DNA of 64,000 nt from Mustelus asterias (lineage: Eukaryota), in contig NC_135830.1 in assembly GCF_964213995.1 (NCBI RefSeq), positions 19,282,001-19,346,000 on the forward strand, written 5' to 3'. This document shows positions 13,206-26,200 of this stretch, one piece after another. Under the pieces are notes generated by a model, which saw nothing but the letters and a program-made list of their open reading frames with translations, did not search any database and had not been told where the DNA came from. Numbering within the stretch: the first letter of the stretch is position 1; each line of letters opens with the position of its first letter. The position numbers were made by a program, and so were the translations under genes.

Positions 13206-13639
13206 GAATAGAGAGGGTCCAGTTGCATAACATATTGGCTACTGCAGTGTCTCCCGCTGCATTGTTAAACTTCTCCCATGTCAAGACTTTTAGAAGTACA
13301 GATGACATTCAAATGTATTACATCTCACCATTCAAATGTCAGTGTCGACAGTTACAACGTCGTGAAGCTATATTGTCTGATACATTGCATTGGTATTTTT
13401 TAATTACAACATTGCATGTAAATTGATCGACAAAGAAACCCCACTTCTCGCATATCTAGATGGACATAGTGAAAGAAAGGTTGATTGTAAAGGATTTGTA
13501 CATATTCCCAATCTATTAATTGGCCAGACAGACAGACAGGTAGGTAAGTCGAGAGAGAGAGAAAGAGAGAGAGAACTAGATACAAGGAGCCCCTCTGATG
13601 AAAGTAAAATAACACGAGAATGTTGTGCTCTATTTTTAT

Positions 13640-16553
13640 TTAGTGCTTAAGGCAGCGAGTGAACCTGGTGACGGGCCAGGTCAACACATTCTTCATCTCC
13701 TCTCGGAACTTGGTCTGGGCCACCGCATAGATGAAGACGTTGTTGCAGGAACTGACCACCTGGAGCATGTTGGCTGTCTCCTGGAGGATGTACTGAGGGT
13801 CTTTGAAATCTGAACTGTTAAAGTAGCCCTTGCCTTTAATCCGCACATAGAGGAAGTGTACGACATAGGTGACCCAGAGGAGGAGGAAGCTGAGCGCAAT
13901 AGTGAAGAGGAGGATAATGGACCTCTTGCGGTTGGCCATCTCGGGGTCCCCGTGACTCTCCGAGCCCCGAAGCCTCCTGCGGGCTCTGCTGGCCGCTAAG
14001 ATGTGTCTCACAGTCAGAACGTTGAGCAGCAGAATAAGGAAAAATGGAAAAAAGGGAGTTAAGATGCGGTCCACCCAGTCATAGGCCTTCCAGGCGGGCA
14101 TTGTGAAGTAGGTGGATCTGCGGTCACAGAACCAGGGCACACCGTCCAGGATGTACAAAGGCTGGCAGACAAAGTACAAAGGGGCGTTCTTGGCACAGCT
14201 TAGGGCACAGACTATTCCTATAACCCGCAATGCTGTTTTCTCGGTACAATATCTGGTCTTCAGGCTCTGGCAGCAGATAGCGACAAAACGGTCGATGGTG
14301 AAAGCTACTGTCAGCCATACTGACCCATCCCGGGTCGCAAAGACCAGCACAATGCTCACTGCACACGCTGGGGTGGTGGACAAGACACTGTTAGCAAAGT
14401 AGATGCGGCCAATCCGATTGAGGATGACGGCAGTGATGATGACCAGGAAATCGCTCACCGCTATCGCCACCAGGTAGTAGGTGATGCACCGGGAGAGTCC
14501 GCACCGTCCTCGGGATAAGATTATAATCGCCAACAAGTTGGCTGTGAGAAATTAAAGGAGAGAGATTCACCGAGGGAACTCGAAACACCAACTTCTGCCT
14601 CATCTAATCAGATACTGAATCCTTCCTGAGAAGTTCCTTTGCCACCCCCATATTACAAATCTTCCAAAGCTATCGTCTTTTTTCTACATCCAATGCTGGA
14701 TCAAACGTGTCAATACTGACACGATTAGAATCAGTCCCCACCACAAACTCGGCTATCTGGTCACTGAATTAATCCGAGGAGCTAGCTGTGCAGTTGAAGA
14801 TCATTCGAAATATTTGCTGCCCGTGACTTTTATTTCAGATCAAGTCGCGTCCCTCCATCATTACTATGCTCACTGATCCCATATGTTGAGTCCCATTCCG
14901 GCAATGTCTGGGTTTTAACAATCGAAACATTCGATGTTTCAATTTCCTGCTCTTTCTCCCCCCCCCCCCCCTCCCCCCCCGCCCCCCCCCCCCCCCCCCC
15001 GCGCTGTAACGTTCTACAACGACCTAAGCTCTCAGTTGAACTATAATTCTGCTCTGATGAGCATCCATGGTACTAATCGTTCATTAGTAGCAGTTATGTC
15101 TTGAGCTCTTGAGGACTTCATCTCTGGAATTCCTTCCCTCAGAATTTCTGTTTGTTCTTCCTTCTTTTGGACGTTCATTATCACCTACCTCTTTGATCAA
15201 ACCTTGCGTGAAAATTTACTGAGCCAATTGGTCATGAATTCGTTTGTTAAAGCTCATGGGAAGTATCCTCACCATATGTAATAGAATTTCTGAAGGGACA
15301 AGTATAACTTAGCTTTTTCAAGTGAAAATGACAGATGAACAAAAAAATGTTGGCCTTGCCAGGGACAGCAGCATTCGCTAATTGCTCAAAACGTAATCAT
15401 TCAAAATGTACAAAACCTACCAGTCAAAGACAAAATAAATAATAGCTTAAAATTCTTGAATCCCCAGTTATAGATTTAAAACGTTTCCATCATTAATTCC
15501 GAAGATATATCATGTTCCTTCACTGTCACTGGGTCAAATTCTTGGAACTCTCTTCCTAACAGCACTGTGAGTGGATCTACACCTCAAGGACAGCAGCGGA
15601 GGAGAAAAGAGGACAATTCATCACCACCTTCTCAAGGGCATTAGGAATGCGCAATATATGTTGGCCCAATCAGCGATGCCCACATCTCGTAAGTGAATAA
15701 AAGCAATGAACGTATGTTTGAGCAAAATACGTACAATAAAATAAAATAATGTATTCAAGAGGCGGCTGGATGTAGCACGTGGGGCGAATGGGATCAAAGG
15801 TTACGCGGGAAAAGGAGGATTTGGCTATTGAGTTGGATGATCAGCCATGATCGCAACGAATGGTGCAGCAGTCTCGAAGGGTCAAATGGCCTCCTCCTGC
15901 TCCTATCTTCTATGTTTCTATAAAAATGAAAGTTGGGACAATCCAATATACTGTCACTATTGCATTTTTCCAGTGGACGCACTGTTCATTAGTGTAATCA
16001 CTGAATACATCTCTGCATCTCAACTAATATATAATGCTTACACTGATACCTTTCTGACACGAATAATATCTATGCACGAAAAAGTACTTTGCTGCACCAT
16101 AATACACCATCGTTCCACATGACGCTAACACACTAGATTGCATTTGATTACATTGGCATGAAAATTAATGTTAAAATATAAAACAGATTTTGATTCACGC
16201 AATACCCGATACTACAATTCATATTCCAGTGATTACAAACTATTTCTCTAAATTGCAGCAAAATAATTGCAGTAGTGTCTTGTAATGCCCCACAACGGAA
16301 GTATGATTAATGCACTTTAGTTCACCATAACACGCTGTCATATGTAACTTACGTCTGTATATTTGCCTGGTTGAATTTCCTCACGCAAGCAAAACATTGA
16401 GCACAATCCTAAAAGGGAAAATACAAAATTTATGAACACTTACAAAAGAGAGAATAATTACTTGTTTGTTATCCAGTACTTACCTGGGGCACCAATAGCA
16501 GCAAGAATTGGATAGCAAACAGCAAAGAAGAGGCCATTCACTGGTCCGTGCAT
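13640..16553 (-). CDS. GPR139/GPR142-like class A GPCR, two exons (16484-16553, 13640-14541), 323 aa, apparently intact
   Basis: Exon 1 MHGPVNGLFFAVCYPILAAIGAP G|GTAAGT joins CACAG|CC AAC TTG (phase 1) into ORF 13640-14536. Seven hydrophobic segments, LVAIAVSD (TM2), SVWLTVAFTIDRFVAIC (TM3), RKRSIILLF (TM6), SSCNNVFIY (TM7). Confidence 0.9.
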
Positions 16554-16699
16554 CCTCTTTCAGGAGCTAAAAGAAATCCAGGAGCTCGACTCTGTATTGC
16601 TGCATCAATTTCAAAACGCCCCTCATTTATTCCTCGTGAGAATCTCCAGAGGGATAATTAATTTACAACATACACCTTTGTTACGGTTCTGCGAACAAA

Positions 16700-17890
16700 C
16701 AGATTAAGTCAGGGTGAGGCAGCCAAATGGTTACAAAATTGGCTTGATGGCAGGAGACACAGTGTGGTTGTAGAGGGTTGTTTTTCAAACTGGAGGCCTG
16801 TGACCAGCGGTGTGCCTCAGGCATCGGTGCTGGGTCCACTGTTTTTTTGTCATTTAGATAAATGATTTGGATGAGAATTTAAGAGGCATGGTTAGTAAGT
16901 TTACAGATGACACCAAGATTGGTGGCATAGTGGACATTGAAGAAGGTTATCTCGGATTGTAGCTGGATCTTGATCAATTGGGCCAGTGGGTTGAAAATGG
17001 TAGATGGAATTTAATGAAGATTAAGTCGAGGTGATGCATTTTGGTGGAAGGACTTATTCAGTTAATGCAGTTAATGGTGGGGTGTTGGGGGGAGTTATAG
17101 AACGGAGAGATCTCGGAGTATAGGTTCGTAGCTCCTTGAAAGTGGAGTCATAAGTGGGCAGAATTCTGAAGAAGGCATACGGCATGCTTGATTTCATTGG
17201 TCAGAACATTGAATACAGGAGTTGGGACGTGTTGTTGAAGTTGTAGAAGACTTTAGTCAGGCTATACATGGAATACTGTGTACAGTTCTGTTCACAATAT
17301 TATAGAAAGAATATTATTAAATTAGAAAGAGTGCAGAAAAGATTTACCAGGATGTCCCCGGGACTTAATGGTTTGAGTCAAAGAACAAATAACAAAGAAC
17401 AGTACAGCACAGGAAACAGGCCCTTCGGCCCTCCAAGCCTGTGCCGCTCCTTGGTCCAACTAGACCAATCGTTTGTATCCCTCCATTCCCAGGCTGCTCA
17501 TGTGACTATCCAGGTAAGTCTTAAACGATGTCAGCGTGCCTGCCTCCACCACTCTACTTGGCAGCGCATTCCAGGCCCCCACCACCCTCTGTGTAAAAAA
17601 CGTCCCTCTGATGTCTGAGTTATACTTCGCCCCTCTCAGCTTGAGCCCGTGACCCCTCGTGATCGTCACCTCCGACCTGGGAAAAAGCTTCCCACTGTTC
17701 ACCCTATCCATACCCTTCATAATCTTGTATACCTCTATTAGATCTCCCCTCATTCTCCGTCTTTCCAAGGAGAACAACCCCAGTCTACCCAATCTCTCCT
17801 CATAGCTAAGACCCTCCATACCAGGCAACATCCTGGTAAACCTTCTCTGCGCTCTCTCCAAAGTCATAAGGAGTAGCTGGATAGTCTGAC
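16700..17890 (+). mobile_element. Degraded CR1 RT fragment hosting a younger antisense CR1
   Basis: VPQ-SVLGP / KFTDDTK-like nucleotide motifs with stops; interrupted at 17381-17861. Confidence 0.8.
17381..17861 (-). mobile_element. CR1 3' fragment with AGTCA target-site duplication
   Basis: ORF 17460-17921 gives the CR1 C-terminus; (AAGAACA)n tail; AGTCA at 17376-17380 and 17862-17866. Confidence 0.88.
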
Positions 17891-18357
17891 AGTCACATGG
17901 AAATTCAGGGCAATAGTGCAATGCAGAACTGTACGTTTATCGCACAAAACCACAAGTACAAGAAGGACAGCCAAGCACTCGGGTTCAGAGTTTCTGATTC
18001 CGTAACAATTGACGAATGATGCGATATAAATAGGGAGTCTTCGGGCGAATTAATTACTGAAAAATAACTGAAAAATAGAGAATGAAGCTCACAGGCAATG
18101 GAGACGGTTCATGCAATGTAGAAAGATAAATGTTCCTGCACTTTAACAACTGAGACAGTCGATTGAAATGTGAACGTGACAGGAGCGATGTAATATAAAA
18201 GTAACAATGATCTGTTTGAGTAACAATTCAGTTAGGTTCTAGAACAACATAAACTCAGGCAGGCTTTAATGGGGTAATTCTGTTGTTGTCAAATCGGAAC
18301 ATAGACATCACCTCGTGAGGCATGGTCCAGGAAAATGCACAGATATTTTCTCGTCAA

Positions 18358-19710
18358 GTGAGAGACGGTATATACAGGCATTTAGAGACGCAAGGACTGA
18401 TTAGGGACAGTCAGCATGGCTTTGTGAGTGGGAAATCATGTCTCACAAATTTGATTGAGTTTTTTGAAGGGGTAATCAAGAAGGTAGATGAGGGCAGTGC
18501 AGTTGATGTTGTCTACATGGACTTTAGCAAGGCCTTTGACAATGTACCGCATGGTAGGCTGTTGCATAAGGTTAAATCTCACGGGATCCTGGGTGAGGTA
18601 TCTAAATGGATACAAAATTTGCTTCTTGACAGAAGCCAGAGGATGATTGTTGAGAGTTTTTCTTCAAACTGGAGGCCTGTGACCAGCGGTGTGACTCAGG
18701 GATCAGTGCTGGGTCCACTGTTATTTGTCATTTATATTAATGATTCGGATGAGAATATAGGAGGCATGGCCAGTAAGTTTGCAGATAACACTAACATTGG
18801 TAGCATAGTGGACAGTGAAGAAAGTTTTCTCCGATTGCAACGGGATCTTGATCAATTGGGCCAGTGGGCTGACGAATGGCAGATGGAATTTAATTTCGAC
18901 AAATGCGAGGAGATGCATTTTGGTAGATTGAACCAGGGCAGGACTTACTCAGTTAATGGTAGGGCATTAGGCAGAGTTGCAGAACAAAGAGATCTAGGGG
19001 TACATGTTCATAGCTCCTTGAAAGTGGAGTCACGGGTGGACAGAGTTGTGAAGAAGGCATTCGGCCTGCTTGGTTTCATCGGTCAGAACATTGAATACAG
19101 GAGTTGGAACGTCTTGTTGAAGTTGTACAAGACATTGGTAAGGCCACACTTGGAATACTGTGTGCAATTCTGGTCACCCTATTATAGAAAGGATATTATT
19201 AAACTAGAAAGAGTGCAGAAAAGATTTACTAGAACTCTGCTGGGACTTGATGGATTGAGTTATAAGGAGAGACTGGATAGACTGGGACGTTTTTCCCTGG
19301 AGCGTAGGTGTCTGAGGGGTGATCTTATAGGGGTCTATAAAGTAATGAGGGGCACAGATCAGCTAGATAGTCAATATGTTTTCCCGAAGGTAGGGGTGTC
19401 TAAAACTAGAGGGCATAGGTTTAAGGTGAGAGGAGAAAGATAGAAAAGTGTCCAGAGGGGCATTTCTTTCACACAGAGGGTGGTGAGTGTCTGGAACAAG
19501 CTGCCAGAGGTAGTAGCAGAGGCGGGTGCAATTTTGTCTTTTAAAAAGCATTTAGATAGTTACATGGGTATGATGGGTATAGAGGGATATGAGCCAAATG
19601 CGGGTATTTGGGATTAGCTTAGGGGTTTTAAAAAAGAAAGGGCGGCATGGACAGGTTGGGCCGAAGGACCTGTTTCCATGTTGTAAACCTCTATGACTCT
19701 ATGACTCTAA
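18358..19710 (+). mobile_element. CR1 LINE, 5'-truncated RT and 3' UTR
   Basis: ORF 18322-19443 (QHGFV.GKSCLTNL, DFSKAFD, QGSVLGP, KFADNT); ATGACTCT tail repeats. Confidence 0.93.
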
Positions 19711-20799
19711 GTGGATATGACTTAGCACAGTATAGCAGTGACAGGGTCAATTTAATGAAGATACGTGTCTAATGCGTTAATATGTTAGGCCTAATGTAAT
19801 ATAAACAATGACATGGTCTGTCTTAAAGTTAATAGATGCAGAATCAAGTGGAATATCAACAGCGAAATGATCTAGTGGAATGTTAACAGGAGCAAAACCA
19901 ACTGAAGTATAAACAATGAATTGTTGCAGAGTAATCCACATTTTAGCAGGTTCTGGTGTAATGAGAAGCAAAGCGATTGTGTATTGACAACTGTGAAAGG
20001 GTCCCGTGTTATCTGAACAGAGGCAGGAACAAGTGTGCCAAGTTCAATCATTACACAACCAGAGTTAAAAGCTTCCTCAATGATCATTCGGCTATGTTTG
20101 CTCTATATTAGCCGGGAAACCGCGGACCAGAACGATCAGACACAGGCCTTGAGAAACTGGGAATGAGACAGAGTCTGGTGTGATAATTAAGGGACCAGAG
20201 CCTAGTATAATAACAGCGAGGGCCTGAAGAAAATCTGTGCAATCAGAAACTAATACGATTATCAAAAGATGCAGAAATTTTTGAGATAATGATCAAGGTG
20301 TGGTAAAATATTATTGGTAAAACTGCGCCTGTAAGTCAAGCAGAAAGGAATCAGCAGAATATATAAAAACGACAGGACCGTGTTAAACCCATACAGGAAG
20401 GTCTGTAATCCAGGAGGCTGAGACTAGGGCAACAATAATCTGGTGAAACACGAACAAAGGCAGAGTCCAGTGTCATAGTCAAATACAGTAATAATCAGTG
20501 CCTGGTAAAACAACAAAGGCTGATATTTCATTGTAGATTCCATCACGTGGTTTAATTTCTGAGCAAATCGTGCCTAAAACTTTGACTTTTCTTTGAAAAT
20601 CCATACTGGGGTGCAAAATCGGTCGACAGGAACATGGTTGTATAAAATGGGAGACAAGCCGGTATTTTTCTCCAAGGTGAATCAATGGGCTGTAATTAAT
20701 CCGGAGGATATGAGCCGCACAAAAGAAAATTGTAAACAACAGACATTATAATGAGAATCATGTGTTTGGGTGGACATTTGTTAGGGTATTGCGGATATC

Positions 20800-21671
20800 C
20801 TGTGTTGTACCTGTTAATTCTCGGATACTTTCGACCTGTTTGCTTACTCCAAGGTTTTATCCCGGTTACCCTTATTTGCAAGATGAACAAAGGACAAACA
20901 CCAGTAAAGGTTCAATAAGTTTATTAATAACAACACTATTAACCCTTAAATTACCCACATATAACAAGATGATACACCAGATTCAAGTATACTACCCGCA
21001 AAGATGGTTTGGTTAAACTGCAGGCTCGATTCTCTGAGTCCCTCTGGTCCGTCATCACGAAGGTGAGTCTTGATGGCAGCTTCTTCCTTCCTTCCTTCTT
21101 TGGTCAGTCTTCCGGATGGTCAAGGGAGCCTCCCTCGTCGAGTCTTCGCTGCTGGTGTCTGAAATGTGTACCTTTATCCCCCTGCCTGCCTGTCTTTCCA
21201 GAAGCTTCTCTGGTTTCCGGCCAATGAGGCCCCAGGAGGAGGTTCCAATACCCAGTAGGTTTCCTGATGTCTGCCTGACAGGACACCGGGACGTGTCCAT
21301 CTCCATGCTGTTGCTTCCATGTAGCCTGTTGCCAGATAGGATAGCTGCAGGAACTATAGGTGACAGAAAGTCTGGCCCGATCTGGGCTTCTAACAATAGA
21401 GTAAGAGTTTTAACAACACCAGGTTAAAGTCCAACAGGACTTCTAACAATAGGCCAGTGCATTTCAATGGGGTGTGATGATCTCCTGCTGGGTCTCAGTA
21501 GAGTGCAATGATCTTTGACAGGTGATTGATGGGCCAAGCCCAGACATGTTTGTGTATTTGTACAATTGGCTTGCCCGAGGTTTGACTGTGTTTGATTTTA
21601 ATATGCCCAATTCTTTAATTTAGGATATCCAATTTAATCAGCCTTAAAACTATGTTCTGATTATATTACCA
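20800..21671 (-). mobile_element. Probable 3' LTR of the retrovirus-like element (left boundary uncertain)
   Basis: On the minus strand a polypurine tract GGAGCAAGAGGAGGGAG (21690-21674) precedes TGGTAATAT at 21671; AATAAA on minus at 20925-20920. An alternative left end is the inverted match TGTGGTAAAATA at ~20299. Confidence 0.5.
21400..21439. mobile_element. 40-bp Penelope-like terminal fragment with 13-bp TSD
   Basis: AACAACACCAGGTTAAAGTCCAACAGG also occurs at ~49275; flanked by CTTCTAACAATAG at 21387-21399 and 21440-21452. Confidence 0.7.
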
Positions 21672-21817
21672 CGCTCCCTCCTCTTGCTCCAGTTCGCTAA
21701 CGCTCACTGGATCACACAATCCTTACCAAACCATCTCAATCAGCAAGTACCCCGAATCCGGAGTTGATAGTATCATCCCTAACCCACAGTAGTACCAACA
21801 AATTTAAATAAAATAAA

Positions 21818-22155
21818 GGGCGGCACGGTAGCACAGTGGTTAGCACTGCTGCTTCACAGCTCCAGGGACCTGGGTTCGATTCCCGGCTTGGGTCACTGTC
21901 TGTGTGGAGTTTGCACGTTCTCCTCGTGTCTGCGTGGGTTTCCTCCGGGTGCTCCGGTTTCCTCCCACAGTCCAAAGATGTGCGGGTTAGGTTAATTGGC
22001 CATGCTAAAATTGCCCCTTAGTGTCCTGAGATGCGTAGGTTAGAGGGATTAGTGGGTAAATATGTAGGGATGTGGGGGTAGGGCCTGGGTGGGATTGTGA
22101 TCGGTGCAGACTTGATGGGCCGAATGGCCTCTTTCTGTACTGTATGATTTCTATG
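21818..22155 (+). mobile_element. HE1-like V-SINE inserted in the LTR element
   Basis: Near-consensus head, V-domain and TTTCTATG tail. Confidence 0.92.
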
Positions 22156-22249
22156 AAAATAATTTTAAAAAGCAATAAAGGAAACAATACATCAATAGGG
22201 TATATACAAAACGAAGGGGAGGGGCACCAGTCTAGTAATTGTGTTCTGG

Positions 22250-22795
22250 CTAAATCCACCACGACTGGTCCCAATTCGTAGTGTGTGTGTTGAATAATAT
22301 TTTCCCTGTATGTTTTAGTATCAACCCGTTTTGAGGCCCTGGGGTGGTTTCGGGACAAGTGGGGATGGGTGTGCTAACAGTTGGTCTTAACCCATTCTTA
22401 ATTTCATAGTATATGTACTCGTTCTGAATAACCTTACCAGGGCACTTCTTTCCTAATTCCAGCACTTTTTCTGGGCCATTGGCTACACAGGCTAACTCCA
22501 TTCACACATGGTTAGTGTACGCCCATCAATCACTAATGGGGGCCGTCCTTAGGGAGCAGTAATCAGAGTTCCCATTATCTTTCCTGTACAACACTCTTTG
22601 GTTGTTACACCCATAGGTAATGCTCTTATTGGGGTGTACCCAGAGGATGCCATCCTCACATTTGCCTGCAACAGGTGGGGTGAACCACATATATCGGGGG
22701 TATTGGAAGTTGATTTTCTGGTCTTCAGTTGGTGTGGCGTCTGTGGTTCGGTCTGAGACGAGGTGTCCCAGATACCAGAGAAGTATGAAGTTCAT
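22250..22795 (-). pseudogene. env-like or accessory ORF remnant of the LTR element
   Basis: ORFs 22526-22810 and 22250-22501 share one frame, split by two TGA codons. Starts MNFILLWYLGHLVS (signal-like) 1 nt after a TCTCCCCCAG acceptor; Cys-rich; lies between integrase and the PPT. Confidence 0.45.
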
Positions 22796-23227
22796 TCTGG
22801 GGGAGATCAAGGTAGCACCTGTTAATTCTTATTAATACCTGATTCTCTTTTCCTTTTCATTACTAGAATGTGGTAAGACTCCCCTCTTTTCTTAAAAAAA
22901 AACAAAGATATAAGGAAATGAATACTAAAGGCCCAATAGTGTCATACGAAGAGTTGGTCGGCAATCAGTGTTTAATGGGGCTCAGTGGGGTGAGGAGTTT
23001 GCAGAGCGTGAAAATAAAATGTTGGGCATGTGGCATGTGTCCTTGTTGTTGGAGGACAATTGCACAGTATAAACAATAGATTCTTCATCCACAACCAAAC
23101 TGTGGTGTGTTGGAAGATTATGGCACAGTGCAATGTGGGCAGATAAGAAACCGTTTTCAATTGTGTGATGTGTGGAGTGGACAGATAAAGCTATTTACAA
23201 TTTGGACTGTGATGTCCTGATTCTTCC

Positions 23228-26200
23228 TTAGTGGAGGGAACCTACTTGGGCGGGCTTTGGCTGCCGGGTACCCACTGCGTTACCACCTCCGGTAGTGAGC
23301 GCTGGGTCAAACGGCTCTGGGAGTCCCAGTACCAGGGGCGCCATAGGGGGTAAGGTTTGCGGGTGCCCCATTCTTTTCGCCGGTGTCCCCTGGGCCGGGG
23401 TTTTATTCCTGAAGCCCTGTAGAATGGGGCTGGAACCGAGGATGCGTGTGCTGGTCCTGGGGATACCGGGTGGGGGTCGATAACCTGGGGTACAGGTTGT
23501 GAACCTGATTTGGGTCCGGTGGTATGGGGTGAGGGTTGGGGCTCCTTTGTGGCTCAAAGACGTCTCCGAGTGACGTGGTGTTGGTGAAAATTTTGATGGG
23601 AACCGAATGCCTTCATTTGGTTCATATGGTACCAACCCGGCTTTCTTGTGGTCTCCCATGACCTTGTCTACCAAAGGGTTGGCCTTATCTACCACTAGAT
23701 AAGGTCTGGCATATTTGGGGGACAAGATCGTATCAGGCTGGAAGACTCTGAGCATTGCCTGTTGCCCAACCTCCTATTCGATGTGTTTTACCTGACCATC
23801 AAAGTAGGCCTTACCTTGCTGCTTCCGTTTGCCTATCTTAACGGCTGTAGCCCGTTGTGCGGCCTGTATGTTTTCCAGGATGGCTCTCGCGGCATTCTCG
23901 TGGGTGAGGGTCGTGATTTCGGGCCCGGACAGATCCAACGCAAGTAAAGGTTCAATTCCTCGCATAGGTTGCCCGATCATGAGGACAAATGAAGGGGTGG
24001 CGGGGGGTGAATCCGGTGGAACTAGATACGGAATTGCACACTGTCATTAATATGAAGGGGAGGAGTTTGTTTCAGGAGGGATTGTTCTGCTGAACGGTCT
24101 TCCGGATCATATCTTTGAGGCTACGGTTCATCCTCTCTACTATACCCCTAGATTTGGGGTGGTAAGCAATGTGGAATTGTTGCTTTATCCCCACCAATTC
24201 CATTACCCTTTGCATTACTTGGGCAGTGAAGTGAGTGCCCTGGTCCGAGTCGATGCTGCGGGGAAGGCCCCAGCGAGTGACTATGTGCTACACTAGGATA
24301 TCAGCCGTGACCTTGGCTGTGTTCGTGCGGGTTGGAAAAGCTTCCACTCATTTACTAAAAGTGTCTACAATGACCAGAATATATTTGTAACCTCCCACTC
24401 CGGGCGGTACGGGACCAATATAGTCAATCTTGGGATTTGTTCAGGGACCTTCCACAGGGCAAGTGTGCCTCAGTTCCCCTTTGCGGGAATGTTTATCAGG
24501 ATTGTTCTGTGCGCAGATGATACAATTATCCACGTAATGCCGCACGTCCTGTTCTAGGTTTGGCCACCAGCACAATTCTTTGATTCGCTCACTTGTGGTT
24601 CCTGCCCCTTGATGGCCCTGGACATCGTGGTTTTGGAAAATGATTTGGTTACGGTCCCTGGTTGGGACCACTATCGGTCGTCCTTAAGGACAGGCCCATC
24701 CTGTACCGATATTGCGACTCGCCATTTTTCAAAGGAGGCGGGGTTTGCCCTTTCCTGAATTTATTTCAGGTCCTGGTCACTGATCTGGGCTTGCTTTGGG
24801 TCTTCGACCATGGTCTGGCTAACAGTTACGGCATCAATTCGCTCTGTAACTATTGGTTGCCAAAATTCCCCCTCTCGAGCAATCTGTTTGGCTAATTCAT
24901 CCGCCCTTATGTTTCCAAGTAGGGAGGTGCGGTGTTGGGCCTTTACTTTAATTATGCCATATTCCTGGTTTTGGGCAGCCTGGAAAATAAATCTTAACAG
25001 TGGGGCTGATGGCAGAGGTTTCCCATCTGCCAATACGAATCCTCTTGCTTCCCATAGGGGCATGAAGTCAGTTAAACTGTTGCAGACATACATGCTATTG
25101 GAGTGTATGTCTGCGGGTGTGGGGAACAGGTCAGGGTGGCTGACTACATATGCTATCGCTGCCAGTTCTGCAGCCTGTGCACTCATGTGTGCTGGACGTT
25201 TTAAGGCTATCTCCCTCAGGGGCTTGCCTTTTTGGTCTTCCACATATATCCCACATCCTGACCTCCTGTTTCCCTCTTCCACCATGGATGACCAATCTAC
25301 AAAGATTTTTTAACTGTCCTGAGCCTGGGTGTGGCTGATTCCTCTGGCTCCCCCCCCCCCCCCCTTTTATTTGGCAAAAATGGTCCCTTGGGGTCTTTTA
25401 TAGCTGGAACCTGACATTCATGGCGCTCGCCCACCCCCCCTCCCCCCGACCCCCCCTCCCACCCCGTAGGTTAGGTTGTCTGACAGGAATGTCGGGACCA
25501 GGTCTGTTTGACCGCAATCCTTCGATCCTGTAACATGAGTCTCCACTGTGCTTTCCGGTTTTGACTAACATTCCCATGTTTAATTCGACCGTGAAGCAGT
25601 AGTTGTACGGGGGTGTATTGTGTAAATACAGTCATAGAGCTGTAGAAGTGTAGAGCATGGAAACAGGCCCTTCGGCTCAACTTGTCCAAGCCGCTCTTTT
25701 TTTAAACCCCTCAGCTAATCCCAGTTGCCCGCATTTGGCCCATATCCCTCTATACCCATCTTACCCATGTAACTTTCTAAGTGCTTTCTAAAAGATAAAA
25801 TTGTACCCGCCTCTACTACTACCTGTGGCAGCTTGTTCCAGGCACTCACCACCTCTGTGTGAAAAAAATGCCCCTCTGCACACTTCTGTATCTCTCCCCT
25901 CTCACCTTAAACCTATGCCCTCTAGTTTTAGACCCCCCTACCTTTGGCAAAAGATATTGACTATCTAGCTGATCTATGCCCCTCATTATTTCATCGACCT
26001 CTATAAGGTCACCCCTCAGCCTTCTACACTCCAGAGAAAAAAGTCCCAGCCTATCCAACCTCTCCTTATAACTCAATCCATCAAGTCCCGGTAGCATCCT
26101 AGTAAATCTCTTCTGCACTTTTTCTAGTTTAGTAATATCTTTTCTAAATAGGGTGACCACAACTGTACACAGTATTCCCAAGTGTACAATGTCTTGTACA

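Noticed and set aside
13206-13240. RSS nonamer for the V relic
   Set aside because: Nothing close to ACAAAAACC at 12 or 23 nt spacing; only the heptamer-like site is reported.
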